Assembly: GCF_963921235.1 (NCBI RefSeq)
Contig: NC_086118.1
Coordinates: forward strand, 17,362,001-17,426,000
Direction: 5' to 3'
Origin: Mobula hypostoma
Lineage: Eukaryota
Length of the DNA: 64,000 bases
Positions within the stretch are counted from its first letter, which is position 1, and every line of letters starts with the position of its first letter. The position numbers and the translations under genes are program-made. Below, piece by piece: positions 23,832 through 38,240 of the stretch. The notes beneath the pieces are model-generated. The model searched no databases. It was not told where the DNA came from and was given only the letters and a program-made list of their open reading frames with translations.

Positions 23832-24399
23832 TAAAATATAGCGATTTAAGGACCTTAGAAATAGTTCAACTATGGGTGGACATTGAACGCTCATGGAAGG
23901 CAAGTTTTCTCAACAAGATCTACATATCGGTTCACCCCTTCCTGCTGCCTAATGTCACAATTGGCAGAATGCCAAGAGAGCTCTCATAATGTTTAGAATT
24001 TGCATGCAGATTCTTTAGACTCTGAGGACAAATTGCACCTGAAGCAAATAGAATTTAATGACAGATGTGATGGGGTCATTGAGTGCTTCTCACTTACCTG
24101 GGCTGATGATTACTAAGACCATGTTGCAACGTGTAGCCGGTACAATTAACATTTTTAGAAGGCATTGGGCAGGTACTTGGATTGGAAAGAGTGGAGGTAT
24201 ATGGGGCTCAGTGGGAAAAAGGGATTAGCGTAGACTGGTTTCACGGTTGGCAAAGACAAAGTGCCTATTTCTGTGCTGTACACTCTATCATTCTACAGAT
24301 GGGTGTTTCTCAGAACTTGTGATAACTCAGGAGTGATGTTATGGGCCCCATATAGAAGTTAGGCTTGGGGTTTCCTTTGATTAATGTGGACAGTACTCC

Positions 24400-25190
24400 T
24401 AGAGCCATAGAGTCATAGAGCACCACAGTACAGAAATAGGCACTTCAGCCTATCTAATCTATGCCTGGGCCCATCGACCCTTACCTGGACCATAACTCTC
24501 CATGCACCTACCATCCACATGTTCATCCAAATTTCTCTTAAATTTTGAAATTAAACCTGCATCCACTAGCTGCTCATTCCACTCTCTCGTCACCCTTTGA
24601 GCTAAGAAGCGTTATTTATTTATTGAGATACAGGACAGAATAGGCCCTTCTGTCCCTTTGAGGAGTTGTGCCATCCAGTACCTGCTAATTTAACCCTAGC
24701 CTCAGCACAGGGCAATTTACAATGATCAATTAATCTACTAACTGGTTCGTCTTTGGACTGTGGGAGAAATCTGGAGCACTGGACAAAACTCCATGCATTC
24801 CATAGTGAGGACACACAGACTCCTTAGAGATGACGTCGGATTTGAACTCCGAATTCTGACACCCCAAGCTGCAATAAACCCCTGCTAACCACTATGCTCC
24901 TGCAGTACGCAAGTTCCCCCTCAGGTTCTCTTTAAATACTTCTCCTTTCACCCTTAACCCATGAACTTTCGTTGTAGTCTCACCCAACCTCAGTGGGGAA
25001 AAAAACCTTCTTACATTTACCTTATCTATACCCCTCATAATTTTATAAACCTCTATCAAATCTTCACCCATTATTCTGCACTTCAGGCATTAAAGTCCTA
25101 ATCTACTCAACATTTTCCCATAATTCAGATCCTCAAATCCCAGCAACATCCTTGTAAATTTTCTTGGTACTCTTTCAGTCTTATCAAGCA
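24400..25190 (-). mobile_element. CR1-type LINE 3' fragment interrupted by a V-SINE
   Basis: Tail (catagag)n at ~24400-24420 and CR1 3' coding and UTR motifs resuming at aagttccccctc (24911). Confidence 0.7.
24613..24908 (-). mobile_element. V-SINE (HE1-like) nested in CR1
   Basis: (ttat)n tail and gtctttggactgtgggagaaatctggagcac V domain on the minus strand. Confidence 0.8.
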
Positions 25191-26599
25191 TCATATTTTG
25201 TGATACTTAATCTGTTCAGGGTTCCTGACAAGCTTGGCATCCCAAACATTTCCCTGAATGAAAGAGTGAACTTTGGAAGTTCTCTTTGATAAATCCACGT
25301 GCCGGTACACTGGTTTGGTGAAATTCATGCCCCCCATTTCTCCAGTAATGACAGGCAGTTTTCAGTGAAGTCGAATACAGTTTCAAAGAGGACACGTGCA
25401 GTCCTACAAGCTCTTGCAACTCCCAGGCTGCCGCTGAAGAGATCATTGACTGACTGAAAGAATTGGTATGAACACTTTAATATCCTAACTATGAAAACAC
25501 ATTTGCAGGCCAGACAGCATATCATTATTTTTCATGTATATAGTGCGAAACAGGCTGGGTATGCAGGTTAATGAATTCAAGTTGGAATGTATATGGCTTT
25601 ATGTTCTTACTGTGCAATGTTAAATTCCAAGCCAACAACAGGCAAGCCCTCCTTGCTCTGCAGATTCCCCTGTGCATTTTACACAAGAAATAAAAATGAA
25701 CAATCATATTATTGCTGAAGATTGTTTTCAGTGTGGGTAACCTTGGTTTCTGATTGATCCACTCACTTTCAAAAAGAAACCGTAATGTGTAACTGAGCCT
25801 GGCTGGCTGCATGCTAGAAACTGATTTACCCAAAAATATTCATTTAAGTCTTTTGGCACCAACAGGCAGAATGAGATAGGGGCAGAATTAAAAGTATTAA
25901 ACCACTTGATATTTGCTGTATAATGGGTTTAATTTGTTCCTTGTGGAAACACAATAAAATATAATCTGGTAATGTATTACTGGAAAGGATCATCACATTT
26001 GATATTCACCATGAATTTTGTCAACTATAAATACTATATATGAGATATTGTGTATAAAACTGGGTCTGAGGATCGCAATTTTGTTTTTGCAAACTGTGTC
26101 TATACCTCCTATCCAGAGACTTACTTGGAAAATTAAACTTGGTTTTGTTTTGTTCTAGATTAACCACCCATTTCATCAGCAGCCAACAAAACATGTCTTT
26201 GTAATTATAAAACAATCCTCTAACTGCAATTTCAAAGGATGAAAGAGAGTTCAGAAGAAACAAATCTTTCCTCAAAGGGTGATGAGCTGGAGGAACTTGC
26301 AATGACTAAAAGCAGTTGCAGAGGATAGTATGGATGCAGTTAATGAGAGGCTGGACAAAAAGATGAGGGAGGTAGGAATGGGTTACACAGAAAAATTTAA
26401 ATAAGAAGATGAGATGAGTTTCGACTACCATATATGTCCATAAAACCATAAGATACAGGAGCAGAAGTAGGCCATGCGGCCCATCGAGTCTGCTCCGCCA
26501 TTCAACCATGGGCTGATCTAATTCTTCCAGTCATTCCCACTCCCCTGTTTTCTCCCCATACCCTTTGATGCCCTGGCTAATCAAGAATCTAGCTATCTC

Positions 26600-29400
26600 T
26601 GCCTTAAATGCACCCAATGACTTGGCCTCCACACCACTCATGGCAACAAATTCCATAGACTTACCACCCTCTGACGAAAGTAATTTTTCCGCATCTCTGT
26701 TCTATATAGACGTCCCTCAATACTGAAGTCATGCCCTCTTGTCCTAGACTCCCCTACCATGGCAAATAACTGCCAAATCTAATCTGTTCAGGCCTTTTAA
26801 CATTTGGAATGTTTCTATGACAGCCCCTTCATTCTCCAGAACTCCAGGGAATACAGCCCAAGAGCTGCCAGACGTTCCTCATACAGTAACCCTTTCATTC
26901 CTGGAATCATTCTCAAAAATCTTCTCTGAACTGTCTCCAATGTCAGTATATCCTTTCTAAAATAAGGAGCCCAAAACTGCACACAATACTCCAATTGTGG
27001 TCTCATGAGTGTCTTACAGAGTCTCAAAATCATATCCCTGCTCTTATATTCTATACCTCTAGAAATGAATGCCAACATTGCATTCGTCTTCTTCACCACT
27101 GACTCAACCTGGAGGTTAAACTTTAGGGTATCCTACACAAGGATACCCAAGTCCCTTTGCATCTCTGCATTTTGAATTCTCTCCCCATTTAAATAATAGT
27201 CTACCTGTTTATTTCTTCCACCAAAGTGCATGACCATACACTTTCCAACACTGTATTTCATTTGCCACTTCTTTGCCCATTCCCCTAAACTATCGAAGTC
27301 TATCTGCAGGCTCTCTGTTTCCTCAACACTACCCGCTCCTCCACCTATCTTTGTATCATCGGCAAACTTAGCCACAAATCTATTGATCCCATAGTCCAGC
27401 TCATTGACATACATCGTAAAAAACAGTGGTCCCAACACCAACCCCTGTGGAACTCCACTGGTAACTGGCAGCCAGACAGAATAGGATCCCTTTATTCCCA
27501 CTCTGTTTTCTGCCAACCAGCCAATGCTGCATTCATGCTAGTAACTTCCCTATAATTCCATGGTCTTTTATCTTGCTAAGCAGCCTCATGTGCGGCACCT
27601 TGTCAAAGGCCTTCTGAAAATCCAAGTACACTACATCTACTGCATCTCCTTTGTCTACCCTGCTTGTAATTTCCTCAAAAAATTGCAGTAGGTTAGTCAG
27701 GCAGGATTTTCCTTTCAGGAAACCATGCTAGCTTTGGCCTATCTTGTCATGTGCCTCCAGGTTTTCCGTAAACTCATCCCTAACAATCGATTCCAACAAC
27801 TTCCCAACCACTGATGTCAGGCTAACAGGTCTATAGTTTCCTCTCTGCTGCCTCCCATCCTTCCTAAGTAGTGGAGTAACATTTGCAATTTCCAGACATC
27901 TGGTACAATGCCAGAATCCATCGATTCTTGAAAGATCATTGTTAATGCCTCCGCAATCTCTCCAGCTACTTCCTTCAGAGCCCGAGGGTGCATTCCATCA
28001 GGTCCAGGAGATTTATCTATCATCAGACCATTCAGTTTCCTGAGCACCTACTCAGTCATAATTTTCACTGCACATATTTCACTTCCCTGACACTCTTGAA
28101 TGTCTGGTATACTGCAGATGTCTTCCACTGTGAAGACTGATGCAAAATAGACATTCAGTTCCACTGCCATCTCTGTGTCTCTCATTACAATATCTCCAGC
28201 GTCATTTTCTATTAATCCTATATCTACCCTCAACTCTCTTTTACCCTTTATACATTTAAAAAAGCCTTTAGCATCTTCTTTGATATTAGTCACCAGCTTC
28301 CTTTCATAATTCATCTCTTTCTTCCTCATGACCTTCTTAGTTTTCTTCTGCAAGTTTTTAAAAGCTTTCCAATCCTCTATCTTCCCACTAGCTTTGGCTT
28401 CCTTGTATGTCCTCTCTTTTGCTTTTACTTTGTCTCTGATTTCACTTGTCAGCCACAGTTGTGTCCTTCTTCCAATTGAAAATTTCTTCTTATTTGGAAT
28501 ATATCTGTCTTGCATTTCCCTCATTTTTCACAGAAACTCCAGCCATTGCTGCTCTGCTATCCATCCTGCTAATGTCTCTTTCCAGTCAAAGTAAGTACAT
28601 GTTTGGCACAGCATTGTGGGCCGAAGGGCCTGTATTGTGCTGTAGATTTTCTATGTTTCTATGTTTCTATGTCTATGTTTCAACCTTGGCCAGTTCCCCT
28701 CTCATGCCATTGAAATTTGCTTTATTCCACTGAAATACCGACACATTGGAATTTAATTTCTCCCTCTCAAATTTCAAAGTGAACTCGATCATATAGTGAT
28801 CACTGTTCCCCAAGGGTTCCTTAACCTTAAGCTCTATTATCATCTCTGGATCATTGCACAGCACTCAATCCAGCACAGCCGATCCCCTCGTCGGCTCAAC
28901 AACTAGCTGTTCTAAAAAGCCATCCCCTAGATATTCTACAAATTCTCTCTCTTGAGGTCCAATACTGGCCTGGTTTTCCCAATCCACTTTCATGTTAAAA
29001 TCCCCAACGATTATCATGACGTTGCCCTTCTGACACGACTTTTCTATCTCCTGCTGTAATTTATAATCCACATCCCGCTGCTGTTTGGAGGCCTGTATAC
29101 AACTGCCTTTTGGGTCCTTTTACTCTTGCCATTTCTTAACTCAACCCATAGAAAGTCTACACCTTCCGATCCTATATCATCCCTTTCTAATGATTTAATA
29201 TTATTTCTTATACACAGGGACACACCATTCCCTCTGCCTACTAACCTATCTTTCCGATAGACATTCAACTCCCAATGGCAGCCATCCTTTAGCCAAGTTT
29301 CAGAATGGCCACAACGTCACACTTGCCAATCTGTAGGTAAATTTCAAGATCGTTCATTTTATTTCTTATGCTGCGCGCATTCAAATACAACACTTTCAGT
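26600..29400 (-). pseudogene. CR1 ORF2 (APE endonuclease + RT), disrupted; boundaries approximate
   Basis: LKVLYLNARSIRNK start, VYRPPNS, GDFN, GNSDH, KSPGPDGMHPR, SGVPQG, KFADDTK, LEYCVQFW. Confidence 0.85.
28590..28679 (+). mobile_element. Very short CR1 3'-tail insertion inside the CR1 ORF2
   Basis: gggccgaagggcctgtattgtgctgta plus (ctatgttt)n; host reads ccagtcaa|ccttggcc with tcaa duplicated. Confidence 0.75.
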
Positions 29401-29586
29401 CCAGTATTTGTTTCTTTCTGTTTTAACTGCACCACGCCTCTATTGCCTTGTAACTCATCCCACTAGCTGTGATTATGCCTCATCTCCTTCCTGTCCTTTC
29501 TATCATCTCTGTTGCAAGCTATTTTTGATTTACTTCTGTTTCCCCTTCCTCAGCTCTATCACTCCGATTCCCATACCCCTGCCAAA

Positions 29587-30528
29587 CTAGTTTAGATCCT
29601 GCCTGACAGCTCTATTAAACCTTCCTGCTAGGATATTGGACCCCTGTGAGGTCAGGTGTAACCCGTCCTTTTTGTACAGGTTGTACCTCCCCCAGAAGAT
29701 GCCCCAATGATCCAGGAACCCAAAGCCCTGCCCCCTACACCAGTCTCTCAACCGCGCATTAATATGCCTTGTCATGCTATTCTTGTGCTCGTTAGCACGT
29801 GGCACAGGCAGCAGTCCTGAGATTACTACCCTGGAGTTACTGCTTTTCAGCTTCCTGTCTAGCTCTCTGAATTCTCTCTTCAGGACCTCCTCACTTTTTC
29901 TACCTATGTTATTGGTACCAATGTGTACCATGACTTCTGGCTTTTCACCCTCTCCCTTCAGAATACTCTGCACCCGATCCGAGACATCCCGTACCCTGGC
30001 ACCTGGGAGGCAACACACCATGCGGGTACTCTATCAGGCTGACAGAACCTCCTGTCTGTTGTCCTCACTAGGAAATCTCCTATGACTCCCACATTCCTCA
30101 TCTTCTTCTCTCCTACACCATGGAACCAGGCTCAGTGCCAGAGACCCAATCGCCGTGGTCGTCCTCTGTGAGGTCCCCACCCCCTCAAAAGCATCCAAAA
30201 TGAGATAACGATTACTGAGGGGGATGGCCACAGGGGTGCTCTGTAATATCTGAGCTCATCCCCCCCCCCCCCCCGCTTCCCTGACAGTCACCCACTCATC
30301 TAACTCCTGCAGCCTCGGGGTGACTAACTCCCTGTAGCTCCTATCTATCCCCAGCTCACTTTCCCTATTAAACTGTAGATCATCAAGCTGCAGCTCCAGA
30401 CCCTTAACACGGTATCTCAGGAGCTGCATCTCGGTGCACCTGGTGCAGATGTGGCCATCTGGGAGACTGGAAGATTCCCAGGATTCCCACATCTGACACC
30501 CAGCGCCAAGTACTAACCCTACAGACAT
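29587..30528 (-). pseudogene. CR1 ORF1: Cys zinc finger/leucine zipper + SGNH esterase domain, frameshifted
   Basis: MSVGLVLGAGCQMWE...HICTRCTEMQLLRYRVKGLELQLDDL; CCLPGARVRDV, HIGTNN, DGLHL esterase motifs. Confidence 0.85.
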
Positions 30529-30831
30529 GCTCTTTATTCCTCTCAAAAAATGCAAAGAGAGAAAAAAACGAAGTCCACTCACCCACTTAGCTTGCCGAAG
30601 CCCGAATGAGCCAGCCCCTACCACTCTGACTCAGACCACTCTGTCGATGACCACTCCCCTTTGATAACTGCTCCACTAGGCGGTGTCTCCCTTTTATGCC
30701 TGAACCCTCCCTGCTATCGAACTCATGATTGGTGCTCCGGTTATAGCCGTTGATAGGCCTCGTACAATGGACTCTCAAAGCTCCCTTTTCAAAAAACTAT
30801 GCGTCAGCCTTGAGGCAGTGCAGCAAAACCA

Positions 30832-31020
30832 TGGCACAGTTAGTGGAGATAACTCCAGTGATCCAGGTTCACTCTTGACCTCTAGTGATGAGTGTGTGGT
30901 GTTTACATATCCTTCCTGTCAGATCCCTCCAGGCTTCTGCTCGTACCCTAATGACATGCGGGTTGTGACGTTAATTGGACACTGTAGAATTGCATTCAGA
31001 GTACAGCATGGCAGTAGGAA
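30832..31020 (+). mobile_element. Degenerate V-SINE
   Basis: tggcacagttagtgg A-box-like, ggttcactctt B-box-like, ttaattggacactgtagaattg. Confidence 0.5.
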
Positions 31021-32939
31021 ATAGAGAAGTTGATAGATATATGGAAAGAGTACAATAGCATTAGATATGGGATAATTAGCTGTGTGGATTAGGGGTTGAA
31101 TAGTCTGTTTCTGTGATGTTTGACTTATGATCTCTATGCGTGGATTACTTGGGCCACATCGTCTGTTTCTGTGATGTTTATCTTGCATTACTAAAACTAA
31201 TTATTCCAATGTTGATGGAGCGAACCTATGTACCAGAGTGCAAGTCTGAAAAGAGAGAGCTGCATGCTTGGAATATTAAAAACATGCACAATGTTGAAAA
31301 CAAACTAATTATTATCGTCTGCTGTCTAATTATTATCTGGCATAGTTAAAGAAAGATTATGGATCAAAAGAAGAACAAGCAACTAAGGCAATAATTTCAA
31401 ATGCGATATTTAAACCTACCTCCAAGTTCTATGCCTATTTGCCATTAATCAGATTATCTCATAACAATGAGATAATCACAACAAGTTGTGAGATACCAAG
31501 CTGGATACGAGCTGCTTACTTGGGATCTAAGCGTAACAACAGGTCCGTGTGTAGTGGGAATTTAGCAGGGCAATGATCTTTGGTGTAATCATTAAGCTCA
31601 CCAGCAAGATATGTAAAGACGTGGTGATGTCTACTGTTTATACATTTTTCAAAGTGCCCTGCCAAATGTAAATGACGTGTATCTTTGCAAGAGATGAATG
31701 ACAAACGGCAGTAATTAGAGGAATATGTCAACAAACTGTTTAGTCCATCATCTGCTCATTGCATTTATATTCTGTGGTTTTCAAAATATTATCACCTGGG
31801 AGATATACTGCTTTCATACTTATAGGGGCCTGGAAATGGTTGAACATGGTGTTGAAATGTTGAGGTTCTATCAAATGGACATCAGTGTTTGGTAGAGACC
31901 TGTGACCCTGGCAGTGTGGATACTGAAGTCGTAATTAACAGGCTAGATGGCTAAAACCTCCATGTGATAACTTGGAGAACTTGTACTCCCTACGATGGCA
32001 TTGGGCTTGTTTACTGCAAAATTCTAAGCTCAAAGGCATTATGCCCTATCAGATATATATAATTATAGGCACCCTTATGAGGAGGTTATACTGTAACTAG
32101 TCAATCTTCAAAGACATGCTCACTTTCCTATTTATCCTCCATAGCTATGTCCACTATTTGAACCTAGAGGTCCCTCTTCCCCACTAAGGAGGAGATACTT
32201 CCAGCTAACTAACTAGTTTAAACACAGTTCATTTATTTTCAGTCATACACATTTAAATCCAGACAAAACTCTTAAAGCACATTTAACTCTCACAGAAGTT
32301 TTATGATAAAAACCATTTCTATCTTATAAAACATTTCCAAACAACAAACCATTTCAAAAACACAAATAGTTTCCAAAACACAGGTACAATTAAAAGGTAC
32401 AGGTAGAGCTGCAGGTAAAAAGATATACCGATGAGCTACAGACAAACCAGTCATCTGTCGCAGAAATTGAAGGCAGAGTAATGGATTCTATTTCGCCCTG
32501 TGTTACTACTGGATGTTCCTGCACCACTCCTAATAAATGTGAACTACTCTCTACAAATTTTACTGTTTCTCTGCTACTTGCGTGAGTTCACGCGCGTGAT
32601 TTTTTCTGTTATCTTTTAACACAGCAGTCTAACGACTTCTGGGGACAAAGTTCCCAAGTGCCCACAATTAATGCTGTGAAGCTGACACTTCTGAGTATAC
32701 AAACCTTCCAACCATTTGATATGAAAAGTGATGACATACATCTGGTCTGCAAACTTTTTTGAACTAAACAATTTAACCAGCTCTGTCTAGTTTGAAATAA
32801 CCCCAATTAACATAATCCATTGTTTTACACTGCACCTTTTTAGCAGTAAGATCAGGTGCTATGCTCTATGCAAGTCCGCTCTACAGATGCAGGTGAAAGC
32901 TTGTCTCAAAACTCTGGTCATTAGTGTTGGAGGAAACCA

Positions 32940-33793
32940 TGAACCCATGACTGTGCGGCTAGGCACAGCTCAAATGCCATTTATAAATTTGTTGATGGCA
33001 CAACTATTGTTGGCAGCATCTCAGATGGTGATGAGAAGCTGTACAGGAGCGAGATAGATCAGCTGGTTGAGTGTTGTTGCAGCAGTAACCTGGCACTCAA
33101 CGTCAGTAAGACCAAGAACTGATTGTGGACATCAGGAAGGGTAAGACAAGGAACACACACCAGTCCTCATACAAGGATCAGAAGTGGAAAGAGTGAGCAA
33201 TTTCAAGTTCCTGTGAGTCAACATCTCTGAGGATCTATCGTGGGCCCAACATATCGATGCAATCACAAAGAAGGCACATCAGTGACTATACTTGAGGAGA
33301 TTTGGTATGTCAACAAAGGCACTTGCAAATTTCTGCAGATTTACTGTGGAGAGCTATCTAACTGGCTTCATCACCGTCTGCTATGGCGGTGGGGGGTGGG
33401 GGGGAGTACTGCACAGGATTGAAATTATCTGCAGAAAGTTATAAACTCAGTCAGCACCACCATGGGCACCAGCCTCCCCAGCATCTAGGACATCTTCAAG
33501 GAGTGAGGCCTCAACAGGGCGGCATAAATCAGTAAGGATCCCCATCACCTAGGTCATGCCATTTTCTCATTGCTACCATTAATGAGGAGGTACAGAACCC
33601 TGAAGGCACACAGTGAACAACTCAGGAATAGCTTCTTCCCCTCTGCCATCTGTTTTCTGAATGAACACTGATCCCATGAACACTATCTCATTATTTTTTT
33701 TCTCTTTTTGCACTAATTATTTAATTTATCTTTCCAATATGTGTATATATATTTACTATAATTGCACGTGATTTTAAACCTGATTCTGATCCT
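32940..33793 (+). mobile_element. Rex1/Babar-type LINE, 5'-truncated (same family as 6853-7768)
   Basis: YKFVDGTTIVG, VERVSNFKFL, NSFFPSAI motifs; ctgattctgat tail. Confidence 0.8.
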
Positions 33794-35213
33794 GGTGTTG
33801 AGACCTCGGGTTGGTGGGAGACAGGGTTAGGGTGAGCATGGAACTAGCATGGGGCTAATGTGGTGCATGGTAGTAGTGACTGTGAAGTTGGACCACTAAG
33901 TATAAACTGACCCAGAACTATAATGTTTTAGTGTTAAATATGTTAATAAACAGATCAAAGGAAAATCTTTCTTTCTGTAGATTTAATAAGTTGGTTCCTA
34001 ACAGGTTAGATCACAATTTTTATTATTACATTTCAAAATCAGCTATTCCCATATTGACTTATTTTCTTAGCCACTGAGCAAACACTACTTTATACAGAAT
34101 GTTATACTTACAGTGGGTTATCAGGTATGACTTGAGGTTAACAGAACTTACAAAATTTTTCAGGAAGCCAAATAATAGTTTTCATTAGTCAACTGCTAGC
34201 AAAGAGGCACAAATTTCAAAGTAATGTGATATGCATAAAAAGAAAAATTGGAAAAATATTTTTCATGGAAAAGGTCATAGAATATTGGTTTAATTACCAT
34301 GAGGTTGTTAGTTTCATTTCAGTCATTAGATATGAGAAAATTAGGTAAATATGTAAAAAGCATATTAAAGATGTGGAATTGAAGAAGACAGGACAGTCAC
34401 CATGGGCCATATCTGCAATTCTATGATTGCATTAAGCAGATTTTTGGTTTTTATGGCGTCTTCAATAAGCTGGATTTTTCATAGTTTATCTACAATTTAC
34501 ACAGGCAGCATCTGAAATATAGTTTAATTCAAATCAGGAAAATTACAAATTATTCTCAAATAAGCATAGATTTTTAAAAGCCTTATTTTTCTTCCTAATT
34601 TTCACTTCAGAAGTCACATATTTGGTTCATGAAGGATTTTCAGGTGAGACATTCAGCCTCTCAGGTGGATGTGAATGGCCCTAAGAAAGTATCTTTGCTG
34701 TTCAACAGACAGTATCTATCCCATCAATCAAATTACTATCACAGATCATATGGCATTATCACACTGCTTTTGGTGGGAACATACATTGTGCAAATTAACT
34801 GCCTTGTCCCTGACACAATAATGACTTCTCTTTTCTAATCTTGAAAGTCATGTAAAAGGTGTAATCAAATTGCCAACCCTTCTTTTCTTTCTTCAGGAGC
34901 TTTGGGCCCTTTTTTTGATAGAGAACCACAGATAACTGAGAAAATGTTATAGGCCAGCAACACTCTTTGATTATTGGGTGTTATAGAGTTACACTCCAAA
35001 ATATTTCCAGATATTTCAGACTTTTAACAGATGCCAACACTAAAGCCCGCAGGCTTCACACTATCTTTGATTTTTTTTTTGTTCTAAAACAGGATTCAGA
35101 TGCCATATTGGGAGGCTAACCAGAAAATAGATTGTGTGTCTTCTCAAAGACAGACAGTGAATTATTTGCTGAAAGGTATATCACAATAATGCACTTCACC
35201 CGCTGCTTTAGTT

Positions 35214-38200
35214 AGAACATAGAACATAGAATAGTACAGCACAGTACAGGCCCTTCAGCCCACAATGTTGTGCTGACCCTCAAACCCTGCCTTCCATATA
35301 AGCCCCCACCTTAAATTCCTCCATATACCTGTCTAGTAGTCTCTTAAACTTCACTAGTGTTTCTGCCTCCACCACTGACTCAGGCAGTGAACTCCACGCA
35401 CCAACCACTCTCTGAGTGAAAAACCTTCCTCTAATATCCCCCTTGAACTTCCCACCCCTTACCTTAAAGCCATGTCCTCTTGTATTGAGCAGTGGCGCTG
35501 GCTATCCACTCTATCTTTTCCTCTTATCATCTTGTACACCTCTATCATGTCTCCTCTCATCCTCCTCCTCTCAAAAGAATAAAGCCCTAGCTCCCTTAAC
35601 CTCTGATCATAATGTATACTCTCTAAACCAGGCAGCATCCTGGTAAATCTCCTCTGTACCTTTTCCAATGCTTCCACATCCTTCCTATAGTGAGGCGACC
35701 AGAAATGGGCACAGTACTCCAAGTGTGGCCAAACCAGAGTTTTATAGAGCTGCATCATTACGTCGCGACTCTTAAACTCTATCCCTCGACTTATGAAATA
35801 GTGGATGCATTAGTGATAATTTTTCAAAACTCTTTAGATTCTGGACTAGTTCCTGAGGATTGGAGGGTGGCTAATGTAACCCTGCTTTTTAAAAAAGGAG
35901 GGAGAGAGAAACCGGGGAATTATAGACCGGTTAGCCTAACATCGGTGGTGGGGAAAATGCTAGAGTCAGTTATAAAAGATGTGATAACAGCACATTTGGA
36001 AAGTGGTGAAATCATCGGACAAAGTCAGCATGGATTTGTGAAAGGATTCTCATAGAATTTTTTGAGGATGTAACTAGTAGAGTGGAAAGGGGAGAACCAG
36101 CGGATGTGGTCTATTTGGATTTCCAAAAGGCTTTTGACAAGGTCCCACACAGGAGATTAGTGTGCAAATTTAAAGCACACGGTATTGGGGGTATGGTATT
36201 GATGTGTTTAGAGAATTGGTTGGCAGACAGGAAGCAAAGAGTGGGAATAAACGGGACCTTTTCAGAATGGCAAGCAGTGACTAGTGGGGTACCGCAAGGC
36301 TCAGTGCTGGGACCTCAGTTGTTTACAATATATATTAATGACTTAGACGAGGGAATTAAATGCAGCATCTCCAAGTTTGGGGATGACACGAAGCTGGGCG
36401 GCAGTGTTAGCTGTGAGGAGGATGCTAAGAGGATGCAGGGTGACTTGGATAGGTTAGGTGAGTGGGCAAACTCATGGCAGATGCAATTTAATGTGGATAA
36501 ATGTGAGGTTATCCACTTTGGTGGCAAAAACAGGAAAACAGATTATTATCTGAATGGTGGCCGATTAGGAAAAAGGGAGGTGCAATGAGACCTGGGTGTC
36601 ATTATACACCAGTCACTGAAAGTGGGCATGCAGGTACAGCGGCGGTGAAAAAGTCGAATAGTATGCTGGCATTCATAGCAAAAGGATTTGGGTACAGGAG
36701 CAGGGAGGTTCTACTGCAGTTGTACAAGGCCTTGGTGAGACCACACCTGGAGTATTGTGTGCAGTTTTGGTCCCCTAATCTGAGGAAAGACATTCTTGCC
36801 ATAGAGGGAGTACACCAGATTGATTCCTGTGATGGCAGGACATTCATATTATGAAAGACTGGATGAACTGGGCTTATACTCGTTGGAATTTAGAAGATTG
36901 AGGGGGGATCTTATTGAAACGTTATAAAATCCTAAAGGAATTGGACAGGCTAGATGCAGGAAGATTGTTCCCGATGTTGGGGAAGTCCAGAATGAGGGGT
37001 CACAGTTTGAGGATAAAGGGGAAGCCCTTTAGGACTGAGATTAGGAAAAACTTCTTCACATGGAGAGTGGAGAATCTGTGGAATTCTCTGCCACAGGAAA
37101 CAGTTGAGGCCAGTTCATTGGCTATATTTAAGAGGGAGTTAGATATGACCCTTATGGCTAAAGGGATCAGGGGGTATGGAGAGAAGGCTGGTACAGGGTT
37201 CTGAGTTGGATGATCAGCTATGATCATACTGAATGGCGGTGCAGGCTCGAAGGGCTGAATGGCCTACTCCTGCACCTATTTTCTATGTTTCTATGTTTCT
37301 ATGAAAGCTAACACCCCATAAGCTTTCTTAACTACCCTATCCACCTGTGAGGCAACTTTCAGGGATCTGTGGACATGTACCCCCTGATCCCTCTGCTCCT
37401 CCACACTACCAAGTATCCTGCCATTTACTTTGTACTCTGCCTTGGAGTTTGTCTTTCTAAAGTGTACCACCTCACTCTTCTCCGGGTTGAACTCCATCTG
37501 CCACTTCTCAGCCCACTTCTGCATCCTATCAATGTCTCTCTGCAATCTTTGACAATCCTCTACACTATCTACATCACCACCAACCTTTGTGTCATCTGCA
37601 AACTTGCCAACCCACCCTTCTACCCCCACATCCAGGTCGTTAATAAAAATCATGAAAAGTAAAGGTCCCAGAACAGATCCTTGTGGGACACCACTAGTCA
37701 CAACCCTCCAATCCGAATGTACCCCCTCCACCATGACCCTCTGCCTTCTGCAGGCAAGCCAATTCTGAATCCACCTGGCCAAATTTCCCTGAATCCCATG
37801 CCTTCTGACTTTCTGAATAAGCCTACAGTGTGGAACCTTGTCAAATGCGTTACTAAAATCCATATAGATCACATCCACTGCACTACCCTCATTTATATGC
37901 CTGGTTGCCTCCTCAAAGAACTCTATCAGGCTTGTTAAACACGATCTGCCCTTCACAAAGCCAGGCTGACTGTCCCTGATCAGACCATGATTCTCTAAAT
38001 GCCCAGAGATCCTATCTCTAAGAATCTTTTCCAACAGCTTTCCCACCACAGATGTAAGGCTCACTGGTCTATAATTACCCGGACTATCCCTACTACCTTT
38101 TCTGAACAAGGGGACAACATTCGCCTCCCTCCAATCCTCCGGTACCATTCCGTGGACAACGAGGACATAAAGATCCTGGCCAGAGGCTCAGCAATCTCTT

Positions 38201-38240
38201 CCCTCGCATCATGGAGCAGCCTGGAGAATAGTCCGTCAGG
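35214..38240 (-). mobile_element. CR1 LINE (5'-truncated) split by a younger CR1
   Basis: ORFs 37291-38148 (NYRPVSLTSVVGK...KFADDTK...VLAFI) and 35459-35758 (QLYKTLV..HLEYC) are colinear; (agaacat)n tail at 35214. Confidence 0.9.
35799..37299 (+). mobile_element. CR1 LINE (5'-truncated) nested in an opposite-strand CR1, 7-bp TSD
   Basis: RT motifs in ORFs 35690-36854; (ctatgttt)n tail; tatgaaa duplicated at 35792-35798 and 37300-37306. Confidence 0.9.

Larger units (their letters stand above)
26438..30795 (-). mobile_element. Near full-length CR1-clade LINE (5' UTR, ORF1, ORF2, 3' tail)
   Basis: ORF1 and ORF2 remnants in order; 3' tail ccataaaaccataaga at 26438. Confidence 0.9.
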
